A stretch of 64,000 nucleotides of DNA. Source: Solirubrobacterales bacterium. Its GTDB lineage: Bacteria; Actinomycetota; Thermoleophilia; Solirubrobacterales; 70-9. The notes under the pieces are model-generated. The model was not told the DNA's origin, ran no database searches, and saw nothing but the letters and a program-made list of their open reading frames with translations. Position numbers and translations under genes: made by a program. Location of the stretch: NCBI GenBank assembly GCA_035759925.1, contig DASTTY010000043.1, positions 9,389 through 73,388 on the forward strand. The letters are read 5' to 3'. Position 1 is the first letter of the stretch. Each line of letters opens with the position of its first letter. Below are positions 18,994-27,696 of this stretch, in pieces.

Positions 18994-21900
18994 CTAGGGC
19001 ACCCGGGTCAGCGAGTCGCAGCCCTGGAAGACCATGTTCGTCGGTCCGAAGCGGCCGCGGACGCACGCCTCCGTCGTGCCCGGCGTCAGCGACGAGCGCT
19101 GGGTCTCGAAGTGGAGCACCATGTCGAGGTCGCCGTCCCGGGTCCGCTCGTCGGAGCGCTCGATCGCATCCTCGATGTGGCCCTTGCCGTGGGCCTCGGG
19201 GGCGCCACCGCCTGCGGTCACGACCGGCTTCGGGGCGAACCGGGTCGTCAGCGGCTTGATCTGGGCCGCGTTGAACGCGAGCGGCAGGCCGTACTCCCCC
19301 GCCCTCGTGGTGAGCACCGCAACCGGGATGACGCCGTTCGACTTCAGGTTGAACGGGTTCTTGAAGCTCCCCGGATGGATGTTGATCGCGACCGGAACGA
19401 TGCACTCCACGGTGAACGACGTCTCCGCGTGATTGTTGACCGGGTTCGGATCGGTGTCGTCGGCCTTGTCCGGCGCGATGTCGTTCTTGAACGTGAACGT
19501 CGCCGGGCCGCCGTTCGTGCACTTGATCTGGAACTGCTCGTCGACCGAGCGCTGCTCCTGATAGCCGAGCGCGCTCTCGACGTGGGCGGTCGACGCCGGG
19601 CTGACGGTCGCGTTCGCCGTCGCCGTCGCCGTCCGCGCCACCTTCGTGTCCATCGGCGCCGACGGGCCGTCGTTGGTGATCACCTTGTGCAGGGTCACGT
19701 TGGCGGGCTGTCCGACGATCATCTCGAGGGGCGCGTTCGTCGCCGCGAAGCTGACGATCCTCAGGTCGGCCTTCGCCTTGACCAGGGTCGACTCGCTCTT
19801 GGCGTCGTTGCTCGAATCGCGGTCGAAACGGTCGGCGTCGGCCGTCGCCTGGTTGCTGATCGTCAGCGGTCCACCGTTGTCGTAGACGAGGTCGCGGGCG
19901 ATGGTGGCGGTGATCGTGAACGTCCTGCTCTCGTCGTCGGCGAGGTTGTCGAGGCCGCAGGTCAGCGTTCCTGTCGGGGCCTCGGTGCACGGGATCGAGC
20001 TCGACTTGTAGGTCGTGCCGGCCGGCAGGACGTCGACGACCTCGGCGTTCTCAGCCGTTCCGGGGCCGTTGTTGCGGGCCTGGATCGTGTAGGTCAGGTC
20101 CTCCCCCGCGAATGCCGGGTCCTGGCCATCGGTCTTCGAGACGAGCTCCATGTCGGCCGTCGAGACCGTGAAGTCGCGGGTGGCGGGCGTCGGGTCGGTG
20201 TTCGATCCGATGCTCGCCCGGACCCGGAACGTGTAGTCGCCGTCGGCGAGATCCGATGACGGCGTATGGCTGCCGGCTCCCGAGCATGCCCCCCAGCTCG
20301 GCGTTCCGGTGTCGACCGAGCACTGGAACGTCGCGGCCGGCTTGGCGATGTTCGGCGGCACCTGGAACTGCGCCGGCACGCTGAACGTCCAGGTCGGCGT
20401 CGGGTCGTCGGTGTTGCCGGGCCCGCTGTCGATCTGGGTATCCGGCGTGGCCGCCTCGACGTCCATCTCGGTCGCCAGCACCGCGTTGTTGACCTGCGTG
20501 CAGTCGGCGGCGACGATCCCGCTCGTCCCGGTCAGGTTCGTGCACGCCTGCCGCAGCGCGTTGCCGAGCGTGCCGTAGTCGCTGCCTGAGGTGAGGATGT
20601 TGGTCTGCGCCTCGTAGTAGATCCGGATCGCCTTCTCGAGCCCGATCGGGCTGACCGTGTAGGTGTTGAACGTCTGCCCGTCGACGAGTAGGAAGAAGGC
20701 CTTGTTGCTGACGCCGCTGTTGGTGTGTACGCGCCCGTTGTCGGCCGCGTTGAAGCCCCAGAAGCGGCTCGTCATCTTGTCGGGGTCGTTGAAGGCGGGC
20801 GGGTTCGCCATGTTGCGGATCACGCCGAGCGAGCTGTCCTCGCCGATCCGCCAGCGGACGGCGGCGGTATCGGTGCCGGTTCCGTTCGTCAGGTCGACCG
20901 ACTCGCCGAAGACGTCGGAGAGCGACTCGTTCATCGCCCCGGACTCGTTCTGGTAGACCAGCCCGGACTCGACGTTCGTGACCCCGTGGGTCAGCTCGTG
21001 GCCCATGATGTCGTCGGAGCCGACCCCGGTGCCGATGTACATCTGCAGCTGCGAGCTCGAGTAGAACGCGTTGTTGTAGTTCGGGCAGGGGTCCTGGAAG
21101 ATCGTCGGCGGCGGTGGGCTCGGATTCGGGATCGTCGTGTTCGTGCACCACCGCACTGTCGCCTTGAGCAGTTGTCCGGCATTGTCGATGCTGTCGCGCC
21201 CCCAGCGCGAGTTGTAGAAGTTGTAGGTGTCGCCGAGGAAGTCGTAGACGGGCTGGACGTCGGCGACGCCACCGCTGTAGGTGCCGCCCTCGGTGAGGAC
21301 GCCGCTCGTGCAGTCGACGGGCGCCGACCGGGTCTCGTTGTCGTCGCAGATCCGGCGATTCAACGCTGCATGGGTGAGCTCGAAGACGTGCGCGACGTCA
21401 CCGGTGTGGGCATCGACGAGAACCTGCTTGTCGATCGTCGTGCTCTCCGGCGCGGTCACTGTCACATCCCAGACGAGCTGCGAGCCGCCTGAGCTGCCGT
21501 AGAGGGACGGGTCGTAAACATGGAGATCGCCGGGACTGGCGTCGAGCTCTCCGGCCGCGACGCCGGCTCGTGCGGCGATCGCGGCGCCCGCGGCATCGGC
21601 GGCCTCTGCACGCGAGACGGTCGGATCGGTGTCGATGCCATTCCCCGGCAGCGCCTCGCCGCTCACCGAGAGGACCTCATTGCCGGCGGTCAGGTTGACG
21701 ACGAGCTCCCCGGCCATCACCGGGACCCCGTCGACGAACTGCTGGGTGCGAACCGCGACGCCGCCGCTCGCCGTCGTCGTCACGTCGGTGACGGCGAGCC
21801 TGTCGCCGCCGACCCCGAACGCGTCGGCGTGGTCGCTCAGGTATCCGAGCGCAGCCGTGGCGGCGGGAGTGCCGGCGCTGACGTCGTCCGGCGCCGGAAT

Positions 21901-22128
21901 CGGCGCGCCTGGCTCGGTGGCCACGAAGACGACCTTGCCGGTATCGTCGCTGCGCGTCACGTCCGCCTCGGGTCCGAAGCCCTCCGCCGCCCCGGCGCGG
22001 GTGGCGAACAGCAGCATCAGGAGGGCGATGGCGAGCAGGGCGAGGACCATCTCGGCGAGTGGCGATCCCGCGAGCCTCCCGGTGGTCTTCGGTGCCGGGA
22101 CAGAGCGATGCCTGCGCTCGTAGCTCAT
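18994..22128 (-). CDS. secreted M4 (thermolysin-like) zinc metalloprotease with propeptide and C-terminal DUF11-type repeat domains
   Basis: 1044 aa. N-terminal signal/TM LALLAIALLMLLFA. FTP/PepSY-like propeptide. Zinc site HELTHG plus GAMNESLSDVFGE. C-terminal DUF11-like repeats (DLTYTIQARNNGPGTAENAEVVDVLP). Confidence 0.85.
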   Translation of the reverse strand: MSYERRHRSVPAPKTTGRLAGSPLAEMVLALLAIALLMLLFATRAGAAEGFGPEADVTRSDDTGKVVFVATEPGAPIPAPDDVSAGTPAATAALGYLSDHADAFGVGGDRLAVTDVTTTASGGVAVRTQQFVDGVPVMAGELVVNLTAGNEVLSVSGEALPGNGIDTDPTVSRAEAADAAGAAIAARAGVAAGELDASPGDLHVYDPSLYGSSGGSQLVWDVTVTAPESTTIDKQVLVDAHTGDVAHVFELTHAALNRRICDDNETRSAPVDCTSGVLTEGGTYSGGVADVQPVYDFLGDTYNFYNSRWGRDSIDNAGQLLKATVRWCTNTTIPNPSPPPPTIFQDPCPNYNNAFYSSSQLQMYIGTGVGSDDIMGHELTHGVTNVESGLVYQNESGAMNESLSDVFGESVDLTNGTGTDTAAVRWRIGEDSSLGVIRNMANPPAFNDPDKMTSRFWGFNAADNGRVHTNSGVSNKAFFLLVDGQTFNTYTVSPIGLEKAIRIYYEAQTNILTSGSDYGTLGNALRQACTNLTGTSGIVAADCTQVNNAVLATEMDVEAATPDTQIDSGPGNTDDPTPTWTFSVPAQFQVPPNIAKPAATFQCSVDTGTPSWGACSGAGSHTPSSDLADGDYTFRVRASIGSNTDPTPATRDFTVSTADMELVSKTDGQDPAFAGEDLTYTIQARNNGPGTAENAEVVDVLPAGTTYKSSSIPCTEAPTGTLTCGLDNLADDESRTFTITATIARDLVYDNGGPLTISNQATADADRFDRDSSNDAKSESTLVKAKADLRIVSFAATNAPLEMIVGQPANVTLHKVITNDGPSAPMDTKVARTATATANATVSPASTAHVESALGYQEQRSVDEQFQIKCTNGGPATFTFKNDIAPDKADDTDPNPVNNHAETSFTVECIVPVAINIHPGSFKNPFNLKSNGVIPVAVLTTRAGEYGLPLAFNAAQIKPLTTRFAPKPVVTAGGGAPEAHGKGHIEDAIERSDERTRDGDLDMVLHFETQRSSLTPGTTEACVRGRFGPTNMVFQGCDSLTRVP

Positions 22129-22204
22129 GAACCCCTCCGAGTCTGCCTGCCATTAAATAGGCAAGACGGTTCGCGTCAGCTTTGTTCGGTTTGCCGCTGC
22201 GTCC

Positions 22205-22233
22205 AACGTAATCCCGGCACCGGGAGGTGTCAA
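22205..22233 (-). promoter_or_regulatory. candidate sigma-70-type promoter of the M4 protease gene
   Basis: Minus strand reads TTGACA, a 17-nt spacer, then TACGTT. It lies about 75-100 nt upstream of the ATG. An AT-rich imperfect hairpin (22144-22170) follows, just before the GGAGGGG SD. Confidence 0.4.
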
Positions 22234-22286
22234 ACGGCCTGGCCGGATGTACGAGCGCGTCCCGGGGGCGGCACTCCGCGAGCGGC

Positions 22287-23564
22287 CTACAGCGGCAGGT
22301 CCTCGTCGATCAGGACCCGTCTGATCATGTGCATCGCGACGCTCACCGAGCGATCGCGGACGTCGTCGCGGCCCCCCGGCAGCTGCGGATCGCGGGCGAG
22401 CGCGTCCCCCGACGCGGTGGCGACGCAGATGCAGACGTAGCCGACCGGCTTCTCCTCGGTTCCGCCGCCGGGCCCGGCGACGCCGGTGATGCCGACGCCG
22501 AGCTCGACCCCGAATCGTGCGATCGCGCCGTCCGCCATCGCCCGCGCGACTTCGGGCGAGACGGCCCCATGGGACGCGATCAGCTCCGCCGGGACGCCGA
22601 GCAGATCGGACTTCGCGCGGTTCGAGTAGGAGACGACCCCACCGGCGAAGTAGGTGGAAGCGCCGGGCAGATCGGTTAGGCGCGCGGCGAGCAGCCCACC
22701 CGTGCAGGACTCGGCGACGGCGATCGAGCTCTCGGCGAGGAGCCCGGCGACGAGCTCGTCGATGCTCTCGCCCCGCTCGGTGTAGATGAAGGCTCCGTGG
22801 CGCTCCCGGAGCGCCATGAACAGCGATTCGCGGAGCCCGAGGTCCCGGACCCGGTAGCGGACGTCGATCTCGAGCTCGGAGCCGCGGCGCAGGCAGGTCG
22901 TGATCTCGAGCGGCTCGAGATCGATGTCGCGCTCGATCTCGCGCAGCGTCTTCGCGATCGTCGACTCCGGGATCCCGAACATCTTCATCGTCTCGACCGC
23001 GTAGGAGTCGGCTCCGGCGAGGATCGCCGCGACCGGCCCGGAGGCGACCGCGGCGGGCCACATCGCCTGCAGCTCGCGGGGCGGGCCGGGCAGGACGAGC
23101 ACGGTCTGCTCATCCGCCCCGACGACGAGACCCGGCGCGGTCCCGGCGGGGTCGAGCGCGATCGCGCCCTCGGGGACCATCGCCTGCTTGCGGGTCCCGT
23201 CGCGGAGGGCCTCGGGGTCGAACTTCATCCGCCGCGCGAACCCGGCGACGATCTCGGAGATCCGCTTCTCCATCGCCTCGTCCAGGACCATCTCGCGGCC
23301 TGCGAACCCGGCGACGATCTCGGCGGTGAGGTCGTCGGCGGTCGGACCGAGGCCTCCGGTCGTCACGATCAGGTCAACCTCCGCCCCGCGCAGGAACGCG
23401 AGCGCAGCCCGCAGGTCCTCGGGACGGTCGCCGACGCAGACGATGTGGGAGACCTCGCAGCCGAGCTCGCCGAGCCGCTCCGACACCCAGGGCCCGTTGC
23501 GGTCGGTCACCCGCCCGCTGAGGACCTCGGTGCCGGTGACGACGATGCCGGCGCGGACGCTCAC
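22287..23564 (-). CDS. cinA: competence/damage-inducible protein CinA (MoCF domain plus PncC-type nicotinamide-nucleotide amidase)
   Basis: GTG 23564 inside the 637-aa ORF; 425 aa. N-domain GIVVTGTEVLSGRVTDRNG and C-terminal CinA/PncC domain (ESCTGGLLAARLT). Confidence 0.85.
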   Translation of the reverse strand: MSVRAGIVVTGTEVLSGRVTDRNGPWVSERLGELGCEVSHIVCVGDRPEDLRAALAFLRGAEVDLIVTTGGLGPTADDLTAEIVAGFAGREMVLDEAMEKRISEIVAGFARRMKFDPEALRDGTRKQAMVPEGAIALDPAGTAPGLVVGADEQTVLVLPGPPRELQAMWPAAVASGPVAAILAGADSYAVETMKMFGIPESTIAKTLREIERDIDLEPLEITTCLRRGSELEIDVRYRVRDLGLRESLFMALRERHGAFIYTERGESIDELVAGLLAESSIAVAESCTGGLLAARLTDLPGASTYFAGGVVSYSNRAKSDLLGVPAELIASHGAVSPEVARAMADGAIARFGVELGVGITGVAGPGGGTEEKPVGYVCICVATASGDALARDPQLPGGRDDVRDRSVSVAMHMIRRVLIDEDLPL

Positions 23565-24343
23565 GGACAGTCCGGCCCGGCGTAGTCGATCTCCCTGATC
23601 CCGTCCTGATCCGCCTCGAAGCTCGCATCGCCGTCCGCCTCGAGCTTCTTCTCCTCGCCGCCGGCCTTCATCCGCACGGTGCCGCCGCCGACGAGATCGA
23701 GCCGGTAGGACTTCTCGCCGCTGTACTCCTCGGTCGCTCCGACCGCAAGTACCTGCGAGTCGACCAGCGCATCGCCGCCGGCGACGAGGCAGACCCGCGT
23801 CGTCGTCAGCGGCTCGATGCTGACGTCGATCGGCTCCAGCTTCTTCTCGTCCGGCTTGGCGACCTGCTTCTCGTCCTTCTTCTTCGCCTTGCCGGCGGGC
23901 TTGATCCGGGAGGTCTCGCCGCCGTTGTCGCCCGTGGTGAGCCCGATCACCGCCAGGATCGCCAGGAGGACGATGACGGCAGCACCGATCGCGACGATCC
24001 AGCCGCTCCGTGACGGCGGCCGCGATCCCGCGGCGCGGCGGTTGCGGAGGACCGGTTCGGGAGGCGCGGGGGCGGCGACGGCGGGCTCCTCGAAGTTGCG
24101 CCGGTAGCGATCGGCGAGGGCCTCCCCGTCGAGCCCGAGCAGCTGTCCGTAGGTGCGCAGGAAGCCGCGAACGTAGGCGGGCCCGGGCAGGATCTCCCAC
24201 TCCTCGGCCTCGAGGGCGCGCAGGTAGCGGGTCCGGATCTTCGTCCGGTCCTCCGCCTCCTTGATGTCCATGCCGAGCCGCCGGCGCGCGTCCTTGAGGG
24301 TGGCGCCGATGCCGGGTCCGGCCTGGTGGTCGTAGGGGCTCAT
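23561..24343 (-). CDS. RodZ-like HTH membrane protein (HTH plus TM plus DUF4115-like domain)
   Basis: ATG 24343; 260 aa. HTH IGATLKDARRRLGMDIKEAEDRTKIRTRYLRALE. TM IVAIGAAVIVLLAILAVIGL. Stop overlaps the cinA GTG (GTGA). Confidence 0.65.
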   Translation of the reverse strand: MSPYDHQAGPGIGATLKDARRRLGMDIKEAEDRTKIRTRYLRALEAEEWEILPGPAYVRGFLRTYGQLLGLDGEALADRYRRNFEEPAVAAPAPPEPVLRNRRAAGSRPPSRSGWIVAIGAAVIVLLAILAVIGLTTGDNGGETSRIKPAGKAKKKDEKQVAKPDEKKLEPIDVSIEPLTTTRVCLVAGGDALVDSQVLAVGATEEYSGEKSYRLDLVGGGTVRMKAGGEEKKLEADGDASFEADQDGIREIDYAGPDCP

Positions 24344-24404
24344 CGGCCGCTCAGTATTGCGAGGTCGGCCGGGCGGGAACGTGCGGCGGGTGGACGTTGA
24401 AAGA

Positions 24405-26879
24405 TCAGCTCGAGACGGTCTCGAGTCCGGCACCGTCGGTCCCCGAGCCCCCCGGATCGGCGCCGCCGGAGAGGATCCGCGGGATGTCGGCGGGCCCGAT
24501 CAGGACCTGGCGGGCCTTCGAGCCCTCGTAGCCGGAGATGACGCCCCGGCGCTCGAGCATGTCGATCAGCCGCCCGGCACGCGTGTAGCCGACGCGAAGC
24601 CGGCGCTGGATCATCGACACCGAAGCGGTGTCGGTCTCGACGCAGATCCGGATCGCGTCCTCGAGCAGATCGTCCTCGTCGGGCGAGAACTCGCCGCCGC
24701 CGTCTCCGTCGACGTCGACCGGCTGCTTCTCGACGAGCAGGTCCTGGTCGAACTTCGGCTCACCCTGCTTTGCCCAGAACGAGACGACCCGGGCGATCTC
24801 CTCCTCCGTAACGAACGCTCCCTGGACGCGCTGGAGCTTCGACGAGCCGACGGGCCGGAACAGCATGTCTCCCTGACCGAGCAGCGACTCGGCGCCGCCC
24901 TGGTCGAGGATCACCCGCGAATCGACCTGCGAGGCGACCGCGAAGCCGATCCGGGCGGGGATGTTGACCTTGATCGTGCCGGTGATGACGTCCGTCGACG
25001 GCCGCTGGGTGGCGAGCAGCAGGTGGATGCCGACCGCCCGCGACTTCTGGGCGAGGCGGATGATCGAGTCCTCGACCTCGCCGGGGGCGACCATCATCAG
25101 GTCGGCGAGCTCGTCGATCACGCAGAGGATGTGCGGCAGCGGCGCCTCCCCCGCCCGGCGGCGGATCTTGTTGAGCTCGTCGAGGTTGCGGCCGCGGGCC
25201 TTCCCCATCACCGTGTAGCGCGACTCCATCTCGGCGACGAGGTTCTCGAGGACGTTCGCGGCGACGCGGGCGTTGGTCACGACCGGGGTCAGCAGGTGCG
25301 GCACCGAGTCGTAGTGGTTGAGCTCGACCTGCTTGGGGTCGACGAGGACGAGCCGGAGCTCATTCGGCGAGGCATGCAGGAGCATCGAGGTGAGGATCGC
25401 GTTGACCGAGCCCGACTTGCCGGAGCCGGTCGTGCCGGCGACGAGGACGTGCGGCATCCGCGCCAGGTCCATCGAGACCGCTTGCCCGGAGATGTCCTTG
25501 CCGAGCCAGGAGAGCAGCGGCGAGGCGCCGTCGGGGCGGCCCTGGTAGATGTCGCCGAGGCGGACCATCTTCCGGCGCGTGTTCGGGACCTCGACGCCGA
25601 CCGCCTTCTTGCCGGGGATCGGCGCGAGGATCCGGATGTCGGTCGACGCCAGCGCGTAGGCGAGATCGTCCTTGAGCTGGGCGATCTTGCCGACCTTCGT
25701 GCCCGGCGCGAGCTGGAGCTCGTAGCGGCTCACATGCGGCCCGGTCACGGTGCCGATCAGCTTCGCCTCGATCTTGAAGTGGCTGAGCACCTCGAGCAGC
25801 GCCCTTGCGGTCTTCTCCATCTCGCGGCGGTCGGGGGCCCGCTCGCGATCGTCGTTGCCGCGACGGAGCAGCTTCGCCGGCGGGTTGCGGTAATCGAGCT
25901 CCTCCGACTCGGTGATGCCGCCGCGCTTCGCCCCCTGCGGCGTCTGCGTGACCTCGATCTCCTCGCCGGCGGCCGGCTCCGGCTCGGGTACCGGCTCCGG
26001 CCCGAGGACGGCGGCGCCGTCGTCCTCGAACGCGTGGTCGATCGCCTCGCCGGCGGCCTCGTCGGCCGCGGCTTCGCCGTCGTCGGCGTCGAAGTCGATC
26101 TCGCCCGTCTCCTCCTCGTCGCCGAGCGGATTGGTCAGCTCATCGTCGCGGGCGCCGTCCTGATCCGGATAGTGCGCGGTCGTCCAGCCGTCGCCGACAC
26201 GCTCGCCGAAGCGGTCGCGGCGGCCACGGACCGAGCGGGCCAGCTCGCCGCTCGCATGCCGGGCCCGCCCGGCGGCCTCGGCGCCGGAGCCGAGCAGGCC
26301 GACGAGCGGCCGGCCGCTGAGCAGGAGGATGCCGCTGAGGACCATCAGGACGGCGATGATGTGGGCACCGACACGCTGAAAGAGCGTTGCCGAGGCCCAG
26401 TAGAGCGCTTCGCCGAGAACGCCGCCGTGGCTCGTCATGAAGTCGGGATCGAACGTCCCGCTCCGCGCCGGCTCGTCCGGCCCGAGCCCGGCGGTGCCCG
26501 CGGCGAATGCGAGGAGCAGCCCGGCGACGAGCAGGATCGCCCCGGCATTGATCGTCCCCGGGTAGCGGATCAGCGGCTTGACGACGAGCGCGATCCCGCA
26601 GCCGGCGAGGATCATCGGGACCGCGTAGGAGACCGTGCCTCCGGCCCAGGTCAGCGCCACCTCGAGACCGGAGCCTCCGAGGCCGCCGTTCCAGCCCGCG
26701 TAGAGGACGAACCCGAGATAGAGCGCGGCGGCGAGCAGGCCGAGGCCGATCAGGTCGAGGTGGCGCTGCTCGAGCTCGCGCGGCAGCGCACGGACAGTGC
26801 GCGCGGCCGGCTTCTTCCCCCGCTTCGGAGAAGCCTTCTTGCCGCGCGCTTTCGGTCGCAGAAGTGGCTTTGTTGGCAT
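24405..26879 (-). CDS. ftsK: DNA translocase FtsK/SpoIIIE
   Basis: ATG 26879 inside the 1083-aa ORF; 824 aa. N-terminal TM helices, acidic linker, Walker A GTTGSGKS and gamma winged helix SVSMIQRRLRVGYTRAGRLID. Confidence 0.9.
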   Translation of the reverse strand: MPTKPLLRPKARGKKASPKRGKKPAARTVRALPRELEQRHLDLIGLGLLAAALYLGFVLYAGWNGGLGGSGLEVALTWAGGTVSYAVPMILAGCGIALVVKPLIRYPGTINAGAILLVAGLLLAFAAGTAGLGPDEPARSGTFDPDFMTSHGGVLGEALYWASATLFQRVGAHIIAVLMVLSGILLLSGRPLVGLLGSGAEAAGRARHASGELARSVRGRRDRFGERVGDGWTTAHYPDQDGARDDELTNPLGDEEETGEIDFDADDGEAAADEAAGEAIDHAFEDDGAAVLGPEPVPEPEPAAGEEIEVTQTPQGAKRGGITESEELDYRNPPAKLLRRGNDDRERAPDRREMEKTARALLEVLSHFKIEAKLIGTVTGPHVSRYELQLAPGTKVGKIAQLKDDLAYALASTDIRILAPIPGKKAVGVEVPNTRRKMVRLGDIYQGRPDGASPLLSWLGKDISGQAVSMDLARMPHVLVAGTTGSGKSGSVNAILTSMLLHASPNELRLVLVDPKQVELNHYDSVPHLLTPVVTNARVAANVLENLVAEMESRYTVMGKARGRNLDELNKIRRRAGEAPLPHILCVIDELADLMMVAPGEVEDSIIRLAQKSRAVGIHLLLATQRPSTDVITGTIKVNIPARIGFAVASQVDSRVILDQGGAESLLGQGDMLFRPVGSSKLQRVQGAFVTEEEIARVVSFWAKQGEPKFDQDLLVEKQPVDVDGDGGGEFSPDEDDLLEDAIRICVETDTASVSMIQRRLRVGYTRAGRLIDMLERRGVISGYEGSKARQVLIGPADIPRILSGGADPGGSGTDGAGLETVSS

Positions 26880-26989
26880 CTGGCGACCCCTTCGACGCGG
26901 GGTTGCCGTCCCCTGCGCGGCACCGGCCGCGGGGCCGGCAACGGGGTTGCCGCCGCCCCGGAGCGGCAAAGGGCGGTGATCGCTGTCTT

Positions 26990-26995
26990 TAGAAT
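26990..26995 (+). promoter_or_regulatory. candidate -10 box (TAGAAT) giving a leaderless response-regulator mRNA
   Basis: TAGAAT ends 7 nt before the GTG at 27003. No SD is visible. No good -35. Confidence 0.35.
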
Positions 26996-27002
26996 CGGTG
27001 CG

Positions 27003-27692
27003 GTGACCGACGCCGACAACCTGATCGGACGCGTTCTCGTCGTCGAGGACGACGACGACATCGCCGACGTCCTCCGCCGCTCGCTGCGCCAGGAGGGCCA
27101 CGAGGTGCGGACCGCGGGCGACGGCGAGGAGGCCCTGACCATGGCGGCCGAGTTCGTCCCCGACCTGGTCGTGCTCGACCTCGGCCTCCCGAGGCTCGAC
27201 GGAGTCGACGTCTGCCGGAGGCTGCGCGCGGCGGGCGACGTGCCGATCCTGATCCTGACCGCCCGCACCGATACCGGCGACCGTGTCGAGGGCCTCGACG
27301 CCGGCGCCGACGACTACCTCGTCAAGCCGTTCGAGCGCGCCGAGCTGCTGGCGCGCATGCGGGCGCTGCTGCGGCGCCGGCCGCCGCGCGGCACGGCGTC
27401 GCTGACGGTCGGCGACCTCGTGCTCAACCCGGGGACCCGGGAGGTGACGCGCGGGGAGCGCGTCGTCGACCTGACCAACCGCGAGTTCGAGCTGCTCGAG
27501 TTCCTGATGCGGAACGAGCGGCTCGTGATCTCGCGCGAGCGCCTGCTCGAGGAGGTCTGGGGCTATGACCCGACCTCGATGACGAACACGATCGACGTGT
27601 TCATCAGCAACCTCAGGCGCAAGCTCGAAGAGGGAGGAGAGGAACGGATCCTGCATACCAAGCGGGGTGCCGGCTACGTGGTCAGAGCGTGA
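27003..27692 (+). CDS. OmpR-family response regulator
   Basis: GTG 27003 is tentative, inside artefactual ORF 24357..27692. Receiver domain (VLVVEDDDD, DLVVLDLGLP, YLVKPF) plus winged-helix output domain. Confidence 0.85.
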   Translation: MTDADNLIGRVLVVEDDDDIADVLRRSLRQEGHEVRTAGDGEEALTMAAEFVPDLVVLDLGLPRLDGVDVCRRLRAAGDVPILILTARTDTGDRVEGLDAGADDYLVKPFERAELLARMRALLRRRPPRGTASLTVGDLVLNPGTREVTRGERVVDLTNREFELLEFLMRNERLVISRERLLEEVWGYDPTSMTNTIDVFISNLRRKLEEGGEERILHTKRGAGYVVRA

Positions 27693-27696
27693 GCCG

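Noticed and set aside
24357-27692. An 1111-aa plus-strand ORF, and many similar long ORFs (for example 9433..11187 N-terminal part, 12224..14212, 15739..17679, 31722..34382, 35870..37780, 42263..44311, 59972..61855).
   Set aside because: These ORFs run antisense or out of frame to genes with clear conserved motifs. Their products are Arg/Gly/Ala/Pro/Asp low-complexity sequences typical of stop-codon-poor frames in very GC-rich DNA. Only the 3' 230 codons of 24357..27692 (the response regulator) look real.
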